Shown in pieces: positions 13,431 to 23,741 of a stretch of DNA of 64,000 bases. The DNA comes from Phoronis australis. Its lineage: Eukaryota > Animalia > Phoronida. The first letter of the stretch is position 1. Every line of letters begins with the position of its first letter. The position numbers were made by a program, and so were the translations under genes. The stretch covers positions 397,992-461,991 of the forward strand of contig NMRA01000359.1 of the NCBI GenBank assembly GCA_002633005.1, read 5' to 3'. Below the pieces are notes generated by a model. The model was not told the DNA's origin and searched no databases. It saw only the letters and a list, made by a program, of their open reading frames with translations.

Positions 13431-15219
13431 TATAGGCCTACTAACAAGCTGTATTTTGACTATAGTCTTCACTGCGTGGTAGCTGGTGACTGAGGCTAAC
13501 TAAGGTCTGCCGCGGCAGTGTGACACAGGACTAACCAGCCCGTAATTTCATGCAAGTGTCTGAAACTACCCTTGAATATATGCAGCATTTATCATTTGAC
13601 CATTTTACTTCGACAAAACAGCTTGCAACCGCATGCATTTACCGTTCGCCAGTGTCTGGTCTCGATCCGCACCGGGTCCGATAGGCTGCGGTCCCGAGTC
13701 TAGCAAAATAATTTCTGTCAAAATTTATTCGCCACATTTCTTCAGCAAATTCCATAAAATTGTCCGTAGTTTGATTTTATCAAAATTAAGGCGCGCTGTC
13801 GATTTTTTTATCCCCGTTTGCTGGCTGGTACAGACACTGCTCCAGTCGCACTGACGGCGTTTTCTCGGCCTGGGTTCCTGAATGAATTGAACTTCCGGGT
13901 TCGCGGCAAGTTCAAAATGGCGGTGTTTCTTCGGGTGCGAATCGTGAGTGGCGCGTTCATTTAAACTGTTTTCGAGTACGGATCGTGTATTAGTTATGGG
14001 GTAGGTACTTCTTGGATCCTTATAACATCTTCTAACCATGTAATAAGGGTTAACAACGCGTGAGACAAGGACCTTAATTTTAGTATAAAAATCAAGTTTA
14101 GTTAAAAAGAGGGTTCGAAAAGGTTTGCTAAAAGCCGTAAACCAATCGATGTTTTGCGACGACAATGACTATCCTTTAAACATTTGAACATGACTTTCTA
14201 TTTCAAATATCAGATTATTTATTTTGAAAACTGTTTGTTTTGCGTTGAGTTTTTGTTATTTTGGTGTTTAATAGTACCGCGCGATATCAATTTTTACAAT
14301 ATTGTCACACTGAACAATAGGCAAACCCGGGATAGACATTACATGTGACTTAATTCAAGCTACACACTTTTAAACTATGTAAGAAGAAACTGTTTGTCTC
14401 AGACTGTTCTCATCAACTCAACTGATTTCACAATCTCAAAAACAAAGCAAAATCGACATCTAATGGAATGTAGCAAGATAATCGCTATCTTGATGTTGGC
14501 GCGTTTTTTGAGAAGCGCAGATCGCGCTCATCCGACGCTGTTTGAGCTTTATAGCTCAAAAACGAAGTCGGTGACTCCTTATTTTCCTTATATTACAGAA
14601 AACATGACAAAAAATAATCGGCGTAACTTTTTGTCTAGAATACAAAAAGCTAATATTTGAGGTTCTCAAAATCCATGAAAACGTTTACTTACGCCAACGT
14701 AAGAAAACCAGTAAATCTGAAAACATAATCAAAGCCGTTAAAACATACAACTGACGTCGTACAACGAAATTAATTTGGTTTCCAATTTTCATTAATTTAG
14801 AAGTATTGGCTTTTCAGTACCCCATGCAAATTTCAAAGATTTGCCAGATGTGCGCTTTTAAGCGACTGTAACAGAAAAACCATTCCGATACCTCACACTT
14901 TGCAGATTTTTTGCAAACAAAAACCATAATACAAAAAAGACTATTAAACTGTAAATTAAAACCAAACGCCATTAATAACTAAAGCGACTTCAAGAGAGTC
15001 ATCCCTTTACAATTACCAATTTAGAACACAGGACAAGATTCGTCAGTCGAATATTTCGTAACTCTCAGCCCTGTTTGTGTTTAACTTTTTCTACTATTAG
15101 TTTATAAAAGTTCTTTTTTTTAAAGTGGGCGGTGCGTGCTACCATATCCATAATGTTCTGTTAGATATGAAACTCCAACTGCTTTCGTAAATGTGTGTTC
15201 AAGCTTCGTGCGGATTCTA

Positions 15220-15465
15220 TCTTATCTCTCCCCATCCCCCATTCCCTCCTTCTTCCCCTCACTCTCCCCCCTCCCTCCCTCTCCCACTCCCTCCCTTCTA
15301 TATCTTATCTCTCTCCCTCCCCCTACCCTTTCCCCTCCTCCNNNNNNNNNNNNNNNNNNNNNNNNNNNNNNNTCTCCCACTCCTTCCCTCTCTCCCTCCC
15401 TCCCTCTCCCACTTCTTCCCTTCCCCCCCTCTACCCCCGCACCCTCCCTCCTTCCTTCCCTATCT
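15220..15465. repeat. C/T-rich low-complexity tract containing an assembly gap (N 15342-15373)
   Basis: Polypyrimidine tract and 32 Ns seen directly. The Pro/Ser-rich ORFs here are artefacts. Confidence 0.95.
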
Positions 15466-15568
15466 CGTAACCAACGAAGATAAAAAACTCATTGGAGCGT
15501 TGAATTTATGTGTTTGTACCGAAAACATGGTGTTTGAACTTTCAAAAACATCTCTGTTTCTCATTCAG

Positions 15569-15752
15569 GTATAGGTAGTTCCACGATTGCTTCCCAAGAG
15601 GAGGTCTTGGTTGCTATACAGAAAGAGTTGACACAACGATACTTGGAACGATTTCGCAGAATTAATCCTCTGCCATGGTCGGGAGAACAATTGAGAAGTC
15701 TACCCGATGTTTACACAGATTTAATGCTCAATGAAAGAGACACATACAAACG
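15569..15752 (+). CDS. NLR-like paralog 1, coding exon 2: pre-NACHT linker (absent from ORF track)
   Basis: Acceptor ttcAG 15567-15568 and donor CG|GTAAAT 15753; phases 1 and 2 match the neighbouring exons. Encodes GIGSSTIASQEEVLVAIQKELTQRYLERFRRINPLPWSGEQLRSLPDVYTDLMLNERDTYKR. The PLPW..L.DVYT.L segment is typical just upstream of invertebrate NACHT domains and is conserved in all 3 paralogs. Confidence 0.88.
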
Positions 15753-16234
15753 GTAAATTGAGATTTAAAAATGTAAAATGTAGAACTATGGTCCCACAAT
15801 ATTCCTTGCCGTCATAGGGTTCTATTTCCTATGCCAGCAAAAAGGTTTGTTAGGGTACCGCACGAACACATTGCCTCAAATTGGTAATGGATGTGGAATC
15901 TAATCACATCAACAAATAACATGCGACCGATTTTATAGATGTAAAATGTCCAGATGAACAGAGCGAAATAATACTTTAAAATTTTACTTCCAATGATCCG
16001 TCAAAGTGTCGTTTAAGCAGCAGTGTCAGAGATGCCTACTAGTACACATTGTCTGTATTAATCAAATATTATGATACCGAATGCTCTGTAGTGTTAAAAA
16101 TACGATTTATTCAGCTTAAGGCGAGTCTCAAGAATTTTCTACTCATAAAAAGTCTCTTTCGCATCCTTCTTAAGTTCCGACATTGTAACGAACTCCAGCC
16201 TGCCAAATTTACCCAGTTATTGGGTCATGTCATT

Positions 16235-16403
16235 CAGTGGCAGATATAAGGGGGGGGGGGCAAGGGGGCCATGGCCCCCCTAAAATTTTCCCAGATTCCA
16301 ATTGCCAGTTCGGGGGTGTAAATGTCTGACATGCAAAATCCTAGCTAATACTCTGCCCTGCCCCCCCCCCAAAAAAAAACTCAAAATCCTGGATTCACCC
16401 CTG
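16235..16403. mobile_element. MITE, CAG(T/G)GGCGGAT family, 5-bp TSD TCATT, in intron 2 of paralog 1
   Basis: cagtggcagat ... ggattcacccctg, flanked by TCATT on both sides. Confidence 0.75.
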
Positions 16404-17414
16404 TCATTGGTAGCTAATCATAACTTTGTCGTTGCTCTCTGACGCAGGGAGCCAGTCTACATAATGCCATATTTTGAAAATAAGCCGTTTCGCAGTTTAG
16501 CATGACACCTTCTTGACTGTCCAACTTTGTGACGGAGTAAACAAGGCCGTGCATTGGTTCTCAAAATTGCGTAAAAAGAGGCGTACTGTTTTTTATTATT
16601 GTTGTTTGTGACACAGAATGAAAATCGGAAACTGAATAAGTACTTGGTATACGTCATTTCCAACAACATTGGCTGCAGAAGCTGCTTGTATGCCATGTCA
16701 TTAGATCGAACGCAACGGCAAGTGAGACTTAAAAATGAATTTGGTTTGGTTCCGCATTTGAAAACCCAAGTAAAACACGCCGCGTGGACACATTGGCGTA
16801 GCTTTGGGGGGAAGCACCGTGAAAGGTTGCTGCACAGACGTGGGGGGAGAAAGACGCAAATTGGAGCTAAGCGTAGTAAGAAATTTAATATACATAACAG
16901 ACACAATTGTTTCCTGCCAATCGCAAAAGTCGAGGAAAATGCTGTAGTATTGTAGGATGCCACGATAATGATCGCTTTTAAAGGGGCCATCGCCATTTTG
17001 GATAGTAAACCAAGATAGAGATGAACTCTTTTAGCACTGGCAGTTCAATGTTCAATGGTAATTATGCATTGCAAATCATTGAGGTTCAAACATTGATCAA
17101 CCATGCTTACGTACTTTTGTGCGGCTCTTCAGAATAACAAATGAAACTTTGGCTTAAACTGACCTATACTCAGGATTTTGAGTGACGGCTTAACTGACCA
17201 AATGGAACGCAGCATTCTTGACACACCTTCGTTTCCAAGCCGCCATGTTACCCGACAAACAACATGTTGTCAGGTAAAACTTATTGTTTGTTTGCCGACT
17301 TTAGAAAAGTGGTTGGAGCTTACGATAGGACAAGTAATGCGGGCGTGTGCTTGTTTCAGTCAGTGAGCGGAGGTCTCAACCATGCTTTCGTGACTTTATT
17401 CTTGTGTTTTACAG

Positions 17415-19380
17415 GGCACAAAGCCGTCAGTTGGACGACATATTCGCTCCTCAAAAGGACTGTCCGTCCGTCAAGCGTGTCTACATCCAGGGAAAATCCG
17501 GTTCGGGTAAAACTGTGCTCTGTAACAAACTGGCGTACGATTGGGCAACGCGCAAATCTGGTTCTATGAGTAAATTTTCAGCTGTTTTATTCTTAGAAAT
17601 GATGGGAGGTATTGTTAAGAGTAATTTGATGGACACTATAATCGAGCAACTATTGCCCTTTGATTTTAAGTACAAGTCATTGGTGCTGAACTGTTTGAAC
17701 GATTACCAGTCAGACATCTTGCTGATCATTGATGGTTATGACGAATTGTCTACCCTGGACAAGCAGAGCTTTGTATCTTTTTTGGAAGGGAGGTATCTGC
17801 ATCAAGTCAGTTGCTTGGTGACGTCAAGACCGACAAATTTGGAGGCTAGACACTTCGACCGGCGACTGACATGCACTGGATTCGCTCCAGGAAGCGCCAG
17901 GCAGTTTGTAGACAAATACTTTAACGGAAAACCGAAGACGTATTCCAAAGATTTGATGGACCGCGTGGAGAATAGCTGCTACATGCGTCAGCTGGTAGAA
18001 AACCCTCTCAGCTGTCTATTGTTGTGTGTTCACTGGGAGGAAAATGAGCAAAATAACAAGGGTAATCTTCCTAGATCGCTTTCGCAGTTATTTTTCAGCA
18101 TTATAGAGATTATGAAGCTGCGTCACCTTCACAAAATAGACCAAGGCAAGCGGTGTGCAACTGAATCCGAAAATATTGAGGACGACTGTCTCTTAAACGG
18201 CGTTAAAGAGTTGGCCTTTAAAGGTGTCATTGAAGGTTGCAGGGAGGTCTCTGCCTCCAAGGATCTGACATTTAGAGGAATCGCAAAAGATTACAGGAAA
18301 GACTCCCTTTCTGAGGATGAGACAAATGTTATTTACTGTGATGACCTGGTCAAGATGGGTATTCTTACTAGAGTCCAGTCAAAGTTTAGCATGGAAGAAA
18401 GGTTTTGTTTCACTCAAAGACACATACAGGAAGTGTTAGCGGCGATGCACTTCCCACAGCTGTCACGAGCCGACAGGCGGAAATACTTTAAGCAGTTTGT
18501 CGCAAAACCAGAGACCGTGATTCTTGTTATATTTATCATGGGTGTCTTCAAAACAAACGACGAAGTCTTGAAGGAGCTTTTTGATATTCTGGCTGAGAAT
18601 AATCGCCACAACTACGAAATTGTTACGTTTGAAATGCATGATTGTAGACGTGCGATCAGTATTAGTTTCAATAAAGTCACGAAGCCCTTCACGGTGAGCT
18701 TTCATGCTCTCAACGAAGCTGAGAGCAAGCACAGCGATCAATTTGTCTCGCTCATTGCTACTTCGATGCCTCGAAACCTGTTTCTTGACCAGACATGTCT
18801 ACGCAACCATTTCCTGTGTCATGACATATCGTATAGCTGCTTTATGATTCTGGAGTCGATGCCGTGTCCTGAACGTGTCATGATTATGGAAGTGTCTTTC
18901 TTCAAGGAAGAAAGTCCGAAGCTCGTGAGCAACATACTCGAAATTCTTCGGCGTATATCGGTCCATGATTCAAAGCCAATTGATCTCTTTATTTACTGCG
19001 ACGGCAGAAATATTTGCGGGTATGTTTCGATTCCGCTTTTTATGTTCCGGCTCATGGAATGCATGAGGCGTCAAACACACATCAGAGACTTTTTCGAACA
19101 GCGCGTTAGGAGTTTGAATTTTCTCATACCGGAATGCCATCGACTACGTGAGATGACCTCTTTCGAGTTGGAGGAAGAAATGCAGTTGCCTCCAATTCCA
19201 CCAGTTGAGCTTCCTCCATTGGTGGTTCACACAGAGAGGAAGTTCGATAATCTTGACAACTACTCAAAACTGAACATTGACCGAATGGGTTCTCCTGAAG
19301 TAGCTGCATTTTTCTTTCAGAAGATGAATGGCAACTATAACATTGCTTGGAGAATAGCATCCTTGGCCAACAATTTATAA
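17415..19380 (+). CDS. NLR-like paralog 1, coding exon 3: NACHT NTPase + HD1/WHD/HD2 + non-canonical C-terminal region (spliced protein 813 aa)
   Basis: Acceptor ttacAG 17413-17414. Walker A GKSGSGKT, Walker B LLIIDGYDEL, sensor-1 LVTSRP, HD1 NPL, WHD FCFTQRHIQEVLAA, stop TAA 19378-19380. Exon sum 292+184+1966=2442 nt, in frame. Confidence 0.92.
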
Positions 19381-20771
19381 ATGAGCTCAGTTCACGATTG
19401 TTATAGGCCTACTTAGTATACTGTTAACGAAGGATCGTTACGTTATTTCCCTAAATAGCTATTGTTATATTTCATCATACGCAAAACAACGTTATTGATT
19501 ATCATTCATCAAACTCTGATGAACACATGTCCCCAATATCAATGATACAGTTTTCAATTTGACAGTTGCTTCGGACATTCGGAGGCGAATGATGTAAATT
19601 CTTTTAAGGATTAATATATATATCGTCAAACTCGTCTGAACACGACATAATTTCAAATAAATATGGACCGATGCCGAGGACAATGTCAGGTTACACGGAC
19701 CAAGGAAGTACAATGTTGCCCGTGATATCGAAAGCCTAATGGTTGTGAAAATTGGAATGCATGTCGTTACTATGAAGAGAAAGCCTGACGATGATTTTCT
19801 GATTACGCCAACTACTGTGGCGCATATTATTGGCAGTTTTTTCGTCCATGGCTTTATCTCCTAAACACTCTGCAGGATCTTCATTAAACTTAGCAAGTGC
19901 AGTTATATTAAGGTGACAACGGTTGTTGACGACTTTTCGGATGGACGTGTATACTGGTGTGCCCCCTAGTGGCAATTTTAACGTTTTACGTTTACCTCTG
20001 TATCTTCAAAGGTCCTCAACCAATTTTCATAAAATTTGGAATGTAGGCATCTATTGTAGACATGACGCTATCTCCCTGTTTTCGGAAGTGTTTGAGGCAT
20101 TTTGCGCTACCTAGTGGCCATTTATGGTTTTTCGAGTATGCTTTTGTCATTCGCTCCTCTATCAACCAAGCCATTCTATGGATGATTGCGAAAATTGGTA
20201 TATTTGTTCTCAGTATGAAGAGCACGGTTGACGATGACGACCTTGACCACTGTGGCGCCTCCTAGGAGCCGTTTTTTGCGCCCGTAGCTGTATGTCCTAA
20301 ACCCACTGCAGGATCTTTATTAAATTTAGCATGTGTATTCGTATCAGGTTGAGAACAGACGTTTACAACCTTCAGGCGCATTGCCCCCTAGTGGCAATTT
20401 CATTTTTTTCGGTCTTTCTTTTTGTTTCTCTGAAGTTTCTTGACAATTTTTACGAAAATTGGTAAATACTTTCTATTGAAGAAACGATGGAATGTTTCTG
20501 TTTTCGGATGGATTTGACATATTTTGTGCCACCTGGTGGCCATTTTTATGATACAAATAGACATCGCGAGAAGCATGCCGTTTTTGGTACCTAATTCTTT
20601 CGAAATTTTTCACTTGATATTTTTTGTATTTGTTGAGTGCTGCTGAACCGGAGGTTGTTTTCAAAATGACAGCTCTGACGGATTTTCATTTGCTTTCAAT
20701 TGTGCTGGGGTGCCATAACGGGAAGAGGAAATGACGTGAATTTTTGCGCGTGACTTCTCGCTCGTCAGTCA

Positions 20772-21010
20772 CCTTCCGGCGGGTACCTCTTATATTAATA
20801 TAGGGCCCCGCTGGGAGGAGGCCGATGAGCGTGGCCTCCTATATTAATATATAAGGCCTGACTCACAGGCCGCCTTCCGGCGAGGCCCCTATATTATTAT
20901 AGAGGGCCTATCCGAAAGGTTGTCGAAAAGCGGGGCCCTTCCATATTAATATTGCGGGCCCGCTCTCTGGCCGCCTTTCGGCGAGGCCCCTGTATTAGTA
21001 TAGGGGGCCT
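20772..21010. repeat. Array of ~5 degenerate ~50-bp palindromic units with core TATATTAATATA
   Basis: Cores near 20791, 20840, 20891, 20943 and 20992, each flanked by ggccc/gggcc-type arms. Confidence 0.7.
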
Positions 21011-23583
21011 CGCTTTTGTGGCCTGAAATTCAAGTTTTGCCTATGTCATTTTAATAAGAATAAGTCATTGAATAATAAGCTCTTCATTACTCTTCACATT
21101 CCATAGAACGAGGCGTGCCCGAGGGATCGATCTATCTTCGATGTCTAGTGGTGCTTCTTTCCTCTGCTTTCTTTGTCTGTTACATTGTTACTTGTTCTCT
21201 TTGGTGAAATGTCGTCGTCTGCTGGCGAATTTTGTTTACGCGGTCAGGGTTTCACAGGTCAGTTCGTTCACGAATGGTGACATATCTGTCGAGTCGTCCA
21301 AGCGACCTGAAAAGTAAAATTTTGCCACCAATTGGGCAACATTACCTCATAAGTGAAGTCGCCAAACTGCGTTTCAATGAGTCAGAGCACAAAAGTGTCA
21401 GTATTATAATGATAAACGTTGATACCTTGTGCCTCTGAATGATAAAATGCGATTTTTGGTTGTACACACCTGCGAGTACTGTCTCCTTCAAATTCAAGCA
21501 GGGTGTACAGTTGTTCTTTTTCAAAACGTAGGCTGCGTTCTGAAAGGTTAGTTCTTGCCAGTTTAGCTTAATAGTGCAAGTCTTCGAGATATTTTGCCAT
21601 GTATTCCAAGCGAAGTACGAGACCTCACTTCATTCGCTCGCGAGTGTCTGGCGTTACGGAACGCCTCCTTGATATTTCCAAAAACCTGTGAGAAACGCTA
21701 GGCGTTGGTGTGTGTTAACAGTTCATAGAGACTTAAAACTATTATGTCTTTAATGGTGAGATTTTCGTGCTGTTTTGGAATTGATTTAGGCAGTGTTCTG
21801 CATATTTTTAGTCTGTAGACACGTCTTTATATTATACTCAATCAACCGCTTTTTTACACCTTTGTCACTTGCCTGCATTTTGGTTTGTAACAATAAATAC
21901 TGTGTGATAATATTTAAGATTGTGTTCTTTACAATTCCTACTCTGGCAAACACGATGTAAGACTTAGGCCCTGTCCAACCATAAGAAAGAAAGTATTTCT
22001 GGTAGGCAAATGGATCATCAATGAATTCAGCTGCACCATCGCGTCTCATGAGTCATCACTAGTCTTCTCACATTGCACTTGTTTTGGGCAGGTGATCGGG
22101 GTTTACTGACGACACCTTCGAGAAATTTGTTTCCTTCTACAAAACATTCTTAATTTCTAAAGCTCAGCTTTGACGATTCGTTTTAGTGAGGAATTAGTAG
22201 CTAAAATAATGAGGTAGAACGCTGCATTTCAGAAAGAACATGACCAACAGGCAAGGGCCAGCTCAGTTATAAACGTTAGCTTTTAGAGCTCGACCCCTGG
22301 AATGCCAACTCCCTCACAAAACCAACGTACTATTTTAAGGAAAGAAGTGACACTTGGTTTCTTTCTGAGTTTGTTGTACAATTACAAATGAAAATTTTAG
22401 GTTCTACTAACAGGTGTGTTTACGTGACTTTCGAAAAACTTCTAGTGTTTGCGTAACTAAGTGTGTTTTTGTTTGCATGAATTATTATTGTACAGTTTTC
22501 AGTTGTTTCTGAAATAATTCAGTTGTACAATGTTTACTTGTTGCCTAGATACTTTTGTTGATCCAATTTCTCTGCAGTCGGTGATTGCTATATGTAGTAT
22601 TTACCTTTACCTGTGAAATAACACTTAAAAAAACGAAAAGTTTAGCTTATAAAAAATCCAATCTAATACTTTGTGTTGCTGAAAGCGTACAACGTACTTG
22701 CCGTTCTTTGCGGACTATCTCACTTTTTTAAAATTTCCCGTCTTACCGTCACACCATCAAAATGTCCCGCTTTCTGTTACACGGTGCCACTGACATATTC
22801 TCATATACTGCTGTCATTTCCCATGTGAAAAAACAGGACCTTTCATGGGTTTTTGAGGCAACCGCAAATGCGCATTTGATTTAAAAAAATCAAAAAACGC
22901 CGTCGGGCTGTTTTGGGTGTAACATCTCCTGTCATACAAAAATACAGTCTGGACGTTTTTGGCATAAGCTCAGATGCCCGCTGTTTATCCGGAATTCCCT
23001 ATTTTTCAGTCCAGTTATCCTGTTTTTCCAAAGGTCCTAATAATATATAAAGATGTATAATTTTAGCTGAACGCCTGACTAAATTCATCACACCAACTTT
23101 GGGGATCCATATTCTAAAATCTGTCTTGATAACGTAGAAATATTTTGAATCATTGAAATTATTTAGTCATTTATATGACCTCTGTGCTTCATTTCCTTTT
23201 TATGTTTCTATTCCACCCTGATATTTTACACATTTTGGTAACACTATTGTTTTTCGGAATTAAAAAAAAATTAAACTTGTAAGGTATGCGAAAAGACAAT
23301 TATTTATGAATTAAATTGTTTATCGTTTGCTTCTACTATAATCAAGAACTGACAAAGGACATTTTAATGATATGACTCTTATGTAATTCGGTTGACAGTG
23401 ACAGCAAATTGCATAGCAATAACCAACACCGGAACAAACGAATGGAAACAATTGTCACACATGCCTGCGCAACCTCAAAAGTGCGAGATCGATGTTGGCA
23501 TTCCAGGGCTAGAGTTCTTACCTAGCAGCTGCAATATACTTTTAATATTTCTAAACTCAAACGTCCACAACTAAATGTTTTTT

Positions 23584-23741
23584 CAGTGGCAGATTTAGAG
23601 TGGGGCCAAGGGGGCCATGGCCATCCTAAAATTTTCCCAGATTCCGTTTGGCAGTTCAGGGGTGCAAATGTCTGACGGGCAAAATCCTGGCTAATACTCT
23701 GCCCTGGCCCCCACTTAATCAAAATCCTGGATCCGCCCCTT
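23584..23741. mobile_element. MITE, same family as 16235-16403
   Basis: cagtggcagatttagag...aaaatcctggatccgcccct inserted in a T tract. Confidence 0.7.

Larger units (their letters stand above)
5543..21970 (+). repeat. Tandem segmental duplication unit 1 (carries NLR paralog 1)
   Basis: Non-coding blocks align colinearly with unit 2, e.g. 5543-5845 ~ 21977-22285, 6510-6860 ~ 23815-24145, 7260-7830 ~ 24540-25110, 8420-8670 ~ 27030-27270, 19381-19740 ~ 33429-33800, 21100-21970 ~ 33830-34710. Ends approximate. Confidence 0.8.

Noticed and set aside
13633-14165. 146-aa minus-strand ORF in intron 1 of paralog 1
   Set aside because: Lies in transposon-like sequence missing from unit 2; no domain signature.
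15191-15574. Pro/Ser/Leu-rich ORFs in three frames
   Set aside because: Translation of a C/T low-complexity tract spanning an N gap.
16457-16996. 179-aa minus and 118-aa plus ORFs in intron 2 of paralog 1
   Set aside because: No recognisable motifs, not preserved as ORFs in the paralogous intron, and they overlap repeat-like sequence.
17347-17414. N-terminal extensions of the long ORFs given in the track (also 31350-31459, 46728-46741, 55810-55820)
   Set aside because: They are intronic polypyrimidine/acceptor sequence upstream of conserved AG sites; paralog similarity and splice phase put the exon starts downstream.
20772-21010. CRISPR-like array
   Set aside because: Eukaryotic context, degenerate units, no unique spacers and no cas genes.
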